64,000 bases of DNA from Escherichia coli (GTDB lineage: Bacteria; Pseudomonadota; Gammaproteobacteria; Enterobacterales; Enterobacteriaceae). Position 1 is the stretch's first letter. Every line of letters starts with the position of its first letter. The notes under the pieces are model-generated. The model was not told the DNA's origin and made no database searches. It worked only from the letters and a program-made list of their open reading frames with translations. The DNA is taken from the NCBI RefSeq assembly GCF_013122565.1, contig NZ_CP053258.1. One strand, given 5' to 3'. This document shows, piece after piece, positions 1-10,469 of this stretch. The position numbers and the translations under genes were made by a program.

Positions 1-510
1 AGCGCCATGCTCTTTCTGTTTAACTTTCGCTAGATAACTGATGGCATACCGAAGGTCATTCATTGCCGCGGTATCTGCATAGTGGATAACCTAGTCGATT
101 CGGACCGGATAATTTTCTTTAGCACGGCACAGGTGGTGGTATCCGTCTCCTTCTGTTGCCCGTTCCCAGACATCTCCCATCAAACGGGAAAGCTGGTAAG
201 GGTTCTGGTGATACTGGCCGTTCAGATAACCGAGTAGATGGATATGCAGACCTTTCTTCACTGTGTATTCCATCACCCAGTAATAACCGGCCATCGCGTT
301 TTCTGTTTCGGTCAACAGGTGTAGTATTTCTGTACACATGGTGTGTTTACAGACATGCCCGAAACTGGCGGTATTTTTCCGGTAAGCGAAATCAATTCTG
401 AAGGGTAACAGCTTAGCGAAACGCTGAAACATCGCTTCCATGTGGGCGTTGATGTCCTCCAGAATCTGACCATTCATTACGTAGTTAGGATTGGCGTTGT
501 AAGGCTTCAT
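1..510 (-). pseudogene. YfjJ/YagK-like (inovirus Gp2-type) island protein with an in-frame TAG at 91-93. The frame stays open to the window edge.
   Basis: The ORF track gives 91-585. The likely start is ATG 510, preceded by GAGGAAG. After the TAG at 91-93 the same frame reads on (VIHYADTAAMNDLRYAISYLAKVKQKEHGA) down to nt 1. The family call rests on position in a CP4-57-like gene order and general sequence resemblance, from memory. Confidence 0.45.
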
Positions 511-859
511 TTGTCTTCCTCTTGTTGAGTCAGAGGAAGACGTTGTTACGTAATTTTTACACAGGCCGATTGACCTCACATTCACCTGTAGCTTCCCCTA
601 GGGAACCAGCAACATGTACTACTCATGGCGAGACTGACGGATACCATTGATATGAGGAGAGCAGATTGTTATCAGATAAGGGGGATGGATCTGTCCTGTA
701 TGATCTCAGCAGGCAGAACTGACAGCACGGGAGAGAGCAAGTAGCATACCAGGATAAGACAACATAACTATCACTACGTCACGATATAACTTCTGCAAAT
801 AATACTAATTAACCTTAATTTATCTGTCTTGATCCCATCACGTAATGTCACGAACGGTG

Positions 860-2474
860 CAAAAGTGGCTCTTCCGCAACTTGGGTGGAGATTTTCATGC
901 CAATGGACTCATTACCCTCTGCCTGAGTAGTTCAAATCCAGCTTGACCATACATCTGGCGTTTGAGCATCTTCAGGCGATTTACATGACTTTCGACAACA
1001 CCATTACTCCAGCGACTGCTGACTGCCTCACATATAGCCGCAGCATCGGCTTCCATCACCGCAGCCACGCGCCGAAGTTCTGCTGAATCGATTTCGTGGA
1101 CTCGAGTGAACCAGCTGCTTAGCCGTGATTTAGTTTGGGTTTTCAGAATACGGTAGAACTCTAGTGCCAGTTGATGCGCTATTTTCAGCTCCGGTTCTTT
1201 TTCACACATCAGACTAATAAATCGGGAAGCATAATTTTCTTCACCCCTGATTATTCTCCAGGGCATCAACCAGCGGCTTACCCGGTACACTGAAAGAAGT
1301 CTGGCAGCAGTAGTCACCAGCGGGATCCAGCCTTTACGCCATTTGGCAACAGCATCCCTGACGATGTTTTCACTGCCTGTAACCCCCCGGGTCACCATTT
1401 CCCGCATATCCGGCTGGCATTATAATTACCACTTTCTCATTGCTCTTTTAACCACTCCCTCCAAGGGTCCAGAAGTCCTCGCTTTGGAGGCCGGGTTGAC
1501 ATTTCAGGGAATGTTCCTGAACGCGCCCAGCGACTGACTGTCACTCGCGACAGGCCTGTAATACGGGATATTTCCCTGAAACTACATCCCTTGTTATGCA
1601 GGGCCATAACCTCTGTCCAACGCTGATGCCGTTTTTTGCGGATTTGCTGTTTAAGGCGTTCCGGACGACGGAGCGATGCTGCAGGCACAGACAGTTCTGG
1701 CTCAGGTGATTTCTTTGGTGACAACTCACTGGCAACAAGACGTATCAGATGCCTATGTCTGTACATCAATCGTTCAAGCGCATCGCCAATATTTTTTAGC
1801 AGATGCTATCGATCAGCCACCTGTCTGACCTGAGGTGCACCTTCACGTGCTGCTGTCGCATAGGTTCCACTGCGATCACGCGAGACAACCTGTATTTCCG
1901 GATATTTTCTGAACCAGGTCGCCAGCGTACGCTGATCGCGGTCGGGAAGCAGGACAGTGAGTATCAAGATTGACTATTAACGTACCGTAACGGTGGCCCC
2001 GATGCCACGCCCACTCATCAATACCGACATGGGGTGAGCCTGACAGTTTCGTCTCCGGGGTATTGATAACTCTGCGAAGAAGAGTATCTGCACTGCAACA
2101 GAGACCCACTGCCGTTGCTGCCCGTTTTCCAGCCTCACCTCCAGCTATTAATCCCAGTTGACGTTGTAAATTTTGTAACGCCTGTGAAGACTGCTGGTGT
2201 GAACCAGCGAAGGGAGTAAGCGACTCGGCAAAAATTTTACGTGAACAAGCTGGGTTACGGCAGTACCAGTGGCGGGCGGAAAATACAAGCCATAGCGTCT
2301 GCCCTGTGTTGAATATTGGCATGCAAAAAATTGGATTGCGCTCGCGCCCTTAATTACCCGGCGATGGGGAATAAGCTTCATCAGCCGTTGTCCCCGGGTG
2401 TAGCGTGCACAGTTGCATATCATTCTCAGACGAACCGATGGCTGGAGGGATGGTCGCCGCAGCCTGCCATGAGA
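860..2474 (-). mobile_element. ISL3-family insertion sequence remnant. The transposase is split over at least 3 frames (895-1407, 1437-1769, 1876-2322) and its 5' end abuts or is truncated by the neighbouring IS.
   Basis: The C-terminal fragment ends SNGVVESHVNRLKMLKRQMYGQAGFELLRQRV, which is typical of ISL3 transposases. The middle fragment has an HTH (GLSRVTVSRWARSGTFPE). The N-terminal fragment has a zinc-finger-like WYCRNPACSRKIF. A GGCTCTTCCGCAA-like end lies near 867. Confidence 0.65.
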
Positions 2475-3781
2475 CTGTAATTAAAATTGTGTAATTGCCT
2501 GTTTTTGATATGTTCACTCCAATAACGGAGACAGGCAAATTATGGACGAAAAGAAACTCAAAGCACTGGCGGCTGAACTGGCTAAGGACCTTAAAACCGA
2601 AGCCGACCTCAATCAGTTTTTCCGTATGCTGACGAAATTAGCCGTCGAAACAGCGCTCAATGCGGAGCTGACTGACCACCTCGGACATGAGAAAAATGCG
2701 CCAAAAACAGGTTCAAACACCCGCAATGGCTACTCGTCAAAAACGGTGTTATGCGATGATAGCGAGATCGAACTGAACACGCCGCGTGACCGTGAAAACA
2801 CCTTCGAGCCGCAGCTGATTAAGAAGCACCAGACGCGCATTACTCAGATGGACAGCAACATTTTATCCCTTTACGCCAAAGGCATGACTACCCGAGAAAT
2901 CGTCGCCACCTTCAAAGAAATGTCCGACGAAGATGTGTCACCCACGCTGATATCTAAGGTCACCGACGCGGTAAAAGAACAGGTTACTGAGTGGCAAAAC
3001 CGACAGCTGGATGCGCTGTATCCCATTGTTTACATGGACTGTATCGTCGTAAAAGTCCGTCAGAATGGGAGTGTGATAAACAAGGCCGTCTTCCTGGTGC
3101 TGGGGATCAATACCGAAGGCCAGAAAGAGTTGCTGGGCATGTGGCTGACCGAAAACGAAGGCGCAAAGTTCTGGCTGAGTGTGCTGACGGAGCTGAAAAA
3201 CCGTGGCCTCCAGGACATTCTTATAGCCTGTGTGGACGGTCTTAAGGGCTTCCCGGATGCGATAAACAGCGTCTTCCCGCAGCCCCATATCCAGCTGTGC
3301 AGCATCCATGTGGCGCGTAACAGCCTGAAATACGTGTCCAAGAAGGACTACAAAGCCGTCACCAGCGGCTTGAAGACTGTCTATCAGGTCCGGACCGAAG
3401 AGGCGGCACTGATGGCGCTCGATGCGTTCGCGGAAGTCTGGGACGATAAATATCCGCAAATCAGCAAAAGCTGGTATGCGCACTGGGAAAACCTCAATAC
3501 GCTCTTCAGTTATCCGCCGGATATCCGCAAGGCCATCTACACCACGAACGCAATCGAATCGCTTATCAGTATGATCCGAGCTGCGATTAAGAAACGCAAA
3601 GTGTTCCCGACGGATGACTCGGTACGAAAGGTTATTTATCTGGCGACCAAAGATGCGTCGAAAAAATAGAGTATGCCGATCCAGAACTGGCGGTTAGCAA
3701 TGAGCCGTTTTATTATCGAGTTCGGTGATCGCCTGAGCGATCACCTTTAATACATTGGCAGTTACACACAATTACTGACAG
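2475..3781 (+). mobile_element. IS256-family (IS1414-like) insertion sequence.
   Basis: Imperfect terminal inverted repeats: 2475-2499 (ctgtaattaaaattgtgtaattgcc) versus the reverse complement of 3757-3781 (ctgtcagtaattgtgtgtaactgcc), 19 of 25 matches by eye. They bracket a mutator-type transposase. No flanking direct repeat was seen. Confidence 0.6.
2542..3750 (+). pseudogene. IS256/mutator-family transposase with an in-frame TAG at 3667-3669.
   Basis: The 375-aa ORF has a typical IS256-family sequence (DHLGHEKNAP, YPIVYMDCIVVKVR, NAIESL). After the TAG the same frame continues as SMPIQNWRLAMSRFIIEFGDRLSDHL and stops at 3748-3750. This matches the usual family C-terminus. Confidence 0.7.
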
Positions 3782-3840
3782 GCTCCCTGCCATAAGTTAA
3801 TAAAAAATTAACGCATATATAAATAAAAATCACCATAAAG

Positions 3841-5367
3841 TTATTCTTTCAGAGGGGGGTAGCTAAATACACTTCCGACACAGTGATATGCCGGTTTTCC
3901 TGACAGCATGTTGTGTTTTGCGTCCAGCTCTGAAGGCGTCATTTCGGAAGCAAGATATTTGACATAATGTGTTCCACTTTCATCTTCCCATAACTGAACT
4001 TTGCCTTCCTCAGCAAGCTGTTCCAGAACAGGCTCAAGATCAGCTTTTTTTCTGAGTGAACGATGCAAGCCCTGCATCATGTCACGCCTTAAAAAATCAT
4101 AAGATCCATTTTTAACAAGATGGTTTTCGAGCCACCAGATAACTCTTTCAGAATGCGAAGGCCCTCTGACAGCATCCATTTTTACAATAAAATGGTTAAG
4201 ATACCATTCTGATATTAACAACGCCGCTTCCAACGTTTCGAGCGTAATAACAGTTGAGTCAGGAGTAATAAACAACTGCATCACAGCGGCATTCCTTGCT
4301 GTATGTTCAATGTATCGTGCTGCCCAGTCGCTGTGATGGTACAACTTTTTCCCTGGTTGCATCAGATGTTTTACGTACCTGCCAACATCATGTAGCCGTT
4401 TCTTTGCATCAGGTGAAAAAGTCATACAGATACGGGGGTGATTTTTTTCCCTGCGTTCAATCCCTGCAAGTAAATGTTTTTTCTGAATAGAATAAAACGT
4501 TTCCAGGTCGGACTCATCGCCAGATACCAGCTCATCAATATCAATTAGTCTGCTGAGTAACGTAAGATCCATGGTTAACGTCCGCGCATATACTCCCGTA
4601 GCCCGTACTGTATTGCCCAGCGATTTCAGTGTGCTATCGTGTGGTTCCGGTTGCGTCATCAGCAGCATACCAAGCCGTGGATCCTTAATATCGTAACAGC
4701 CCGTTGACACACGGCTGACCCGATAATCATCACCACACCACAACGTATTAGGAACTGCTGTCTTACGGCGCATAATGCTTTCATGCAGAGCACTTCCCTC
4801 GTCAGACGTGATACCCAGACTGGGATATTCCCCTAGCTCTTTCAAAAGTGCTTCAGCCGTAGGATCCGTTACCGTGAGACGCACTCTCACGGGTTTAATG
4901 GGCTGATTTTTAAGACATTCCTCCAGTTCGTTTCTGGCTTTATCCACTCCATCTTTCTGACGCACTGCTTTCTGAAGCAATTTCTTAAGACTCTTACATT
5001 CTTCATCCCATAGTACGTATTGCCGCTCATACTCCTTCAGCCTAACTGAGAACACATCAGCCAGCTCTCTCTCAATTTGATGAATTTGCGCCATGATGAG
5101 CCTGTATACTGTCGTTTTTCTGCTTCCTGATCTCGCCAGTATTATGTGAAATTGTGACACAGGAACGATAACGCCATCATCAATTTCAACATCATACATA
5201 TCCTGACAGGCCAAGGCCATGCTCCCCTGAAGCGTCGCAAAGATAAGCTCCACCGCTGCTCTTGTTTTGCCATATATACAAAATATAACTTTTTGAAAAA
5301 AATACAAAATCGCTCTGGCGCTCAGATTAACATCATGATTTTCAGTTTTTTTATATGTGAGTTTCAT
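3841..5367 (-). CDS. YfjI-like / DUF3987-type island protein.
   Basis: A 508-aa ORF immediately downstream of alpA, the position yfjI holds in CP4-57. It has a P-loop-like ARSGSRKTT segment. The family assignment is from memory and context only. Confidence 0.45.
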   Translation of the reverse strand: MKLTYKKTENHDVNLSARAILYFFQKVIFCIYGKTRAAVELIFATLQGSMALACQDMYDVEIDDGVIVPVSQFHIILARSGSRKTTVYRLIMAQIHQIERELADVFSVRLKEYERQYVLWDEECKSLKKLLQKAVRQKDGVDKARNELEECLKNQPIKPVRVRLTVTDPTAEALLKELGEYPSLGITSDEGSALHESIMRRKTAVPNTLWCGDDYRVSRVSTGCYDIKDPRLGMLLMTQPEPHDSTLKSLGNTVRATGVYARTLTMDLTLLSRLIDIDELVSGDESDLETFYSIQKKHLLAGIERREKNHPRICMTFSPDAKKRLHDVGRYVKHLMQPGKKLYHHSDWAARYIEHTARNAAVMQLFITPDSTVITLETLEAALLISEWYLNHFIVKMDAVRGPSHSERVIWWLENHLVKNGSYDFLRRDMMQGLHRSLRKKADLEPVLEQLAEEGKVQLWEDESGTHYVKYLASEMTPSELDAKHNMLSGKPAYHCVGSVFSYPPLKE

Positions 5368-5391
5368 TGCATAATCTCTCTTTAGAAAAAA

Positions 5392-5616
5392 TTAAACACT
5401 TCTGGATGCAATCCACTCATCAACGGAAGTGGAACGACATCCAACGGAGGCAGCACCGAGTCTGACGGGCTTTGGAAACGTTTCGTCGTAATACCTGGAT
5501 TCAGGGTTTAGCTTTTCATAGATAGTTGACCGGGACAGACCGACTATTTTCGTCAGTTCTCTCATACGCAGAATACGTTGCTGTGGCTCTGGTTGGGTGG
5601 TTTGAAAAGATGACAT
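5392..5616 (-). CDS. AlpA-family (MerR-like HTH) prophage/island regulator.
   Basis: The 74-aa product from ATG 5616 is preceded by AGGAGA. The motif LRMRELTKIVGLSRSTIYEKL...FPKPVRLG...DEWIASR is characteristic of AlpA. Confidence 0.75.
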   Translation of the reverse strand: MSSFQTTQPEPQQRILRMRELTKIVGLSRSTIYEKLNPESRYYDETFPKPVRLGAASVGCRSTSVDEWIASRSV

Positions 5617-5716
5617 TATCGATTCTCCTGTGAATGTCCGGATGTGACCGAACTTTGGCACAGGATTTGGAATAATGTCCCCGTAAAAGAAACGAAACCA
5701 ACTGCAGGGAGTGACT

Positions 5717-7561
5717 ATGCATACGTTTGCCAATCTGATGTATGATGTTTACCAATCCTTTGGCTTATTCAGTAAAGGGGACCGGCAAGGCGAGATACGG
5801 GCATCTGCAACCTTTTCAGGTCATCAGCGATTTTTTGGTAATCGTGATGATGAAAGACATCAGGAACAAAAACGCTATGATGAAATCATAAGAATTATTG
5901 ATGTAGAAAAGGTGTTCAGTACAGTTCAACGAAGGGAAATCTTTTATAAATATGAGCAACTTTATAATGCGCTGATGGCTCGACCGAGCTTTACCAAACT
6001 GAGTCGAAAACAAGTACAAAAGCAGTATGCTCTGCATATCATCCCCAGACTAATCGCACTTGACATATATAAAACGTATAAAATTCAAAATAAAAACAGT
6101 TTTTATCATCATATACATCTGTTTCTGAAAGAGGACTATTGCCCATGTGGAGCAGATAAAAAAAAAGGAACTTACTCTGCAGTACGGCAGTATCTCAAAA
6201 ACCTTATAAGAAATTTAAAATTATCTTATCCAGAAAACTTGCTTCCTGTTTATCGCGTAATTGAAAACATCCGTGAGAGTTCATCACAGAAAGCAGGTGC
6301 GCTGAATGCTCCCATACAAGAGAGCATTGAGGCTTACGAAGCCATTGTTACACCAGAAGAGATTAAATACATCAGAACTGGTCTGGAAGAATTAAAAACC
6401 GCACATTATTCACTGACCGTACTCCTTAACCTTGAACGTCTATTCTCTGTTGTTAATATAATCTCGTCATATTACAGAAAGTATCTTAACGATGGAATAA
6501 GGCCAAATAATATCTCGTCTATGCTATGCAGGTATCTTTATGAACCCCAAAGTAATGACATCTTCTGTCACAGTAACATCATTAATTCAATTGTGGAGTA
6601 CTACTACGTGCGGGCAATAAAACCCCTATCACTGAATGTAAGCAATGATGTTATGCTGTGCGTGGATAAATTAAAAGACATTGTATTTAATTTTAATAAC
6701 AAAACCATTATTTCTGAAGCGGATTTAATAAATATTGCAGTTGTATTAAAAAAAGAACCTGACAATCATTGTCTGATGCCATATCTTGAACTGCATATGG
6801 TGATACATTTAATCAGCCATGGAGAAACTGACGAAGCTTATGAGATGCTTAAACGGGTTTCTCTGGATGATTTACCTTCAGGATATCTGACAGCTGCTTT
6901 TTTAATTCTCCGTACTGCATTACGAATAAAGAGAGAAAGGAAAAAAATCAAAAATGGTGTTTTCTCCTCGGATATAACAGCAATACTGGAAAGTCAGGGG
7001 ATCTATACTGACTATGTCCCTGTCATTAAGGACTATACAAACAACGGCATTGATGGGTCTCTTACGAAAAATTCATTTTTATCTGGCACCATTTTACCAG
7101 ATGCCAACAATCTGACCATCATGCGTATAGTAAGAATGTATAATAATATGGTCAGAAGAATAAGTCACTGGAATGACCTTTATCATGACGGTGTTTTTCC
7201 GGAGTCTGTTTATGGGCTCCTTGATAAAGTTGATGCCATTCTTGGTAAGATACTCAATATTATCTTTTTTGAAAATATCACATCCAGACGGAATTTAGCC
7301 TTCATCCTGAAAAATAAAAAAATCCTTACCACAAGTGAGCTGAATGATAACCTCATTGGTATACTGATTAACTGTCCACTTATAACGTGCGTACAAAACC
7401 TCGAAATTTTAATACAATACCTTCGCTGTCCGGGAGAGGAGTTAAGAAATATAATTATTTCAATTGACAGGAAATCATGGAATTTGATATGCGGAGCCCT
7501 GAAAATCCTGGAGGAAGACAGAACAGGACGAGCAGAAATAACACAGAAAGATGGGAAATAA
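5717..7561 (+). CDS. Hypothetical 614-aa protein; no motif recognised.
   Basis: A long uninterrupted ORF in visibly AT-rich DNA (the track starts it at GTG 5711). ATG 5717 is preceded by AGGGAG. It is divergent from alpA and occupies the slot that yfjH holds in CP4-57. Confidence 0.55.
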   Translation: MHTFANLMYDVYQSFGLFSKGDRQGEIRASATFSGHQRFFGNRDDERHQEQKRYDEIIRIIDVEKVFSTVQRREIFYKYEQLYNALMARPSFTKLSRKQVQKQYALHIIPRLIALDIYKTYKIQNKNSFYHHIHLFLKEDYCPCGADKKKGTYSAVRQYLKNLIRNLKLSYPENLLPVYRVIENIRESSSQKAGALNAPIQESIEAYEAIVTPEEIKYIRTGLEELKTAHYSLTVLLNLERLFSVVNIISSYYRKYLNDGIRPNNISSMLCRYLYEPQSNDIFCHSNIINSIVEYYYVRAIKPLSLNVSNDVMLCVDKLKDIVFNFNNKTIISEADLINIAVVLKKEPDNHCLMPYLELHMVIHLISHGETDEAYEMLKRVSLDDLPSGYLTAAFLILRTALRIKRERKKIKNGVFSSDITAILESQGIYTDYVPVIKDYTNNGIDGSLTKNSFLSGTILPDANNLTIMRIVRMYNNMVRRISHWNDLYHDGVFPESVYGLLDKVDAILGKILNIIFFENITSRRNLAFILKNKKILTTSELNDNLIGILINCPLITCVQNLEILIQYLRCPGEELRNIIISIDRKSWNLICGALKILEEDRTGRAEITQKDGK

Positions 7562-7579
7562 TTGCATATTTCCACCTCT

Positions 7580-7621
7580 CTCCCGGCTACACTGGCTACG
7601 TGTAGCCAGTGTAGCCGGGAG
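7580..7621. repeat. Perfect 20-bp inverted repeat with a 2-nt centre (strong hairpin), starting 19 nt after the 614-aa ORF stop.
   Basis: ctcccggctacactggctac-gt-gtagccagtgtagccgggag, read directly. No T-run follows on either strand. Confidence 0.85.
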
Positions 7622-9047
7622 TCACACCCTGAAAGTAACAATGCGAAAACCAGGAGCTTGTCCCAACAGGATTTTATTCCAGATGATTAGGCCGCTGGTA
7701 ATATACAGCAGAGCCTTATAACTTCAGTTCTTTTCCCATCAGCTCAGTATCTGACGAAAACAATGAATCCAGCTATAAACCCTACCTACTATCCACAGGC
7801 GAGCTTTCCTCCTTCTGGTATCTTCCCCTGTTTACTCGACTGAATATGAGGTTCACAGCATCGCTGCCTCCAGATAATTGCTCAACCATTCGTCATCAGC
7901 AACCTTTTCACTTTGAAAACAACATCGATAACCCCCTGCATATATTATATACTGAAATTATTACTCTTTATTTAGAAAATATAGAAAAAATGAACCTTGA
8001 AAGTTATAATTCGCAAATAAAATTAACCTAATCTTAAACCGCGGCATCAACTTTAACATTTCACAGCCAAAGATAATACTTATGCAAAACATTACGCTGG
8101 GATGCATTATGGAAGATAATTTTTGATTTCATTCGCGATAAAAACAATACTGTAAAAATTTGAATACGCAAAAAATAAATATGTAAAAGCAGATGATATT
8201 TCCATTTATGTCGAGCGCCAGCGTTATGCATAGAAGACTTATAAAAAGTAACGGTATTTTCATTGACGTTCTGTAACACAGATATAAAATAACAGGTATT
8301 CATAAAGAATAAATCATTAATACAGCTATTGCCCCAATATCTATACGACGTGTAATTATTATCAGGCAGCGCTAGCAAGGCGGACATTACAAGCACAAAG
8401 AAATAATATATCTTCGGTTTTCTACAATCACCGTAAATCGTCCCTCTTCCACTTTAAGGCCTGAAAAAATATGGCGCCAACATCATACAAACGAAGAAAT
8501 TAAATATTCTACACAACCACAGCGAATTTTCTCATTTATGACATTACTCTAATTTTATTTCTCCACTAAGCATATGCGTCAAACAATAAATACCCTCCAG
8601 CCACAGAGTCTAAACTGATATACAATATCGCTGTTTGCTTTATCGCCCCTCTTCCAATATAGAACGCATACCATTAAATCATTTACCTCTTTCCAGATAC
8701 AAGTCATGATTATACGTCCCATTGAGTTCTTATTCTCATGCAGAAATTGTGACTCAATAAATGCAGAATTAAAGCCTGTTAATATTCATGGTATAGCCAG
8801 ATTTTCTCTCTGTCTTCTTTTGTCTCCGAACAACTCATATACCATTATCCTGATTAATCTTCGCGTACTCATACGACGTCTTCCCCCTTCAACTATACCC
8901 TATTGAAATGATTTTATTGCTTTTGTTCAGACAACAAAAAAATGCGAGCTCTGACACAACAGTAAAAACCAACCGTTAAAGTATCTCTGTGTTTCCACAC
9001 TCTCCCTTGCTGAGAGGGAATTCTGAGCCCGGTCACTTGAGCTTGAT

Positions 9048-10251
9048 TCACCATCTTTTTGGATTACTGGGAAGTTGTGACATCACATAATCCGCCCACG
9101 CCTGCATCATCGGTATATGCTGATCCAGTAGATCAGTCCGGTGATATGCTGCCTCAACCTTATTTTTCAGCGTGTGGGCAAGCGCCCTTTCCGCCAAATC
9201 CCTGTTCACTACACCAGTCCCTGAATGTTGAACGAAAACCATGTGCTGTTGCCACCCGTCCGGGTATATCACTGATGGCATTCTTTTTACGCAGAAAACT
9301 CGTCAACACCATATCTGAAAGGATCTGCTGCTTTCTGGGAGAAGGAAACACCAGTTCATCATGCAAACCACGTATATTTTCCAGAACGTGAATGGCCTGC
9401 CGGGATAAAGGAATACGATGCTGTATCCTAGCTTTCATTCTTTCTGCTGGTATCGTCCATATCCGCTTATGAAAATCAATTTCAGCCCAGCGCATTCCCC
9501 TGGCTTCGCCCGAACGGGTTGCTGTAAGTATCACCATTAATAACAGTGCTCGGGTAACATTATAAGGTTCATCTGTATACACGCTTGTCGCCACAAACAG
9601 CGGTAATTGCCTCCAGGGCATTGCCGGCTGATGTTCATCACGTCCTCTTGATTGCTGTGGAAGCAAATGTTCAACCACATCAACAGGATTTGCCACACAA
9701 AAACCATGCGCCCAGCCCCACTGCATAACAACATGAATACGCTGTTTAATCCGGCTTGCCGTTTCTGATAAGGTCAACCAGATTGGACGCAGTGTCTCTG
9801 CCACGTCCGCAGCCGTAATCTCATTCAGCGTTTTTGCTCCCAATTGAGGAAACACGTAATTTTCAAGCGTCGACAACCACTGCCTGACATGCTTTGGATT
9901 TTCCCATCCCGGTGACAATTCTGCATGTACACGCATGGCTGCATCGGCAAATGTTGGGATAACAACTTTTTCAGCTTCAGCCTTTTTGATCTCCAGAGGA
10001 TCATCACCTGCAGCAAGTTGCTCTCGCATTATCCGGGCAGTACGTGCAGCTTCGGCAATACTGACCTCAGGGTAAGTTCCCAATCCAGCATTACGCCTTT
10101 TTTGTGTCACCGGACTTACATAACGAAAAACCCATTTACCCCGCCCCTTTACTGAAGAAGGATGAAGGGTCAGCCCTGTAATTCCCCCATGAGGCAATGG
10201 TTTGTCATCAGGTTTGATATGCCTTGCTTTTGTATCAGTCAATACTGCCAT
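9048..10251 (-). pseudogene. P4-type tyrosine integrase, frameshifted near 9191-9207.
   Basis: The N-terminus is MAVLTDTKARHIKPDDKPLPHGGITGLTLHP (P4-like arm domain), followed by the HGFRSTFRDWCSE box. The expected C-terminus RDLAERALAHTLKNKVEAAYHRTDLL, containing the catalytic Tyr, lies in a different frame (ORF 9048-9281). Confidence 0.8.
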
Positions 10252-10412
10252 ACGCTAATTCCTGTTTCTCTAGTATGCCATCCAGTATGCCCTTATTCTC
10301 ACACTTCACTAAGCATACATTAGATAATATCGGACAGAAAAAATTTGTAATGTATTGTTTATAATTAAATTATACAACGCCTCTGGATTAAGTCAGATTT
10401 ATTTCAGGCGGT

Positions 10413-10426
10413 CCCCCTCACCGCCA
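10413..10426 (+). repeat. Candidate att core: 14 nt matching the 3' end of tRNA-Ser (serX/serW type).
   Basis: ccccctcaccgcca matches the remembered ...CCCCCCCTCACCGCCA 3' end of E. coli tRNA-Ser(GGA). The upstream sequence is AT-rich and does not look like a tRNA. Confidence 0.4.
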
Positions 10427-10441
10427 TATTTAAATAAATAT

Positions 10442-10465
10442 CCTCCGGCATAGCCGGAGGTTTTT
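10442..10465 (+). terminator. Rho-independent terminator-like hairpin.
   Basis: CCTCCGGC-ata-GCCGGAGG followed by TTTTT, 16 nt after the tRNA-like core. This is where a native tRNA terminator would sit. Confidence 0.55.
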
Positions 10466-10469
10466 CAAA

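Noticed and set aside
3290-3372. An EAST1 (astA)-like alternative reading frame inside the IS1414-like transposase gene. The nucleotide stretch resembles the remembered astA region (…aaggactacaaagccgtcac…).
   Set aside because: In the astA-equivalent frame the window reads ...A A S M W R V T A followed by TGA, so the frame is closed mid-peptide. No ORF appears there in the track. It is not an intact enterotoxin gene. The comparison is also from memory only.
8061-8396. A 111-aa minus-strand ORF in the AT-rich tract.
   Set aside because: It has odd composition, no RBS or motif, and is surrounded by stop-rich frames. At best it is a fragment of a decayed gene.
10340-10426. A complete tRNA-Ser gene next to the integrase.
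   Set aside because: Only the last 14 nt match a tRNA 3' end. The preceding 70 nt are AT-rich, with no recognisable D, anticodon or T arms.
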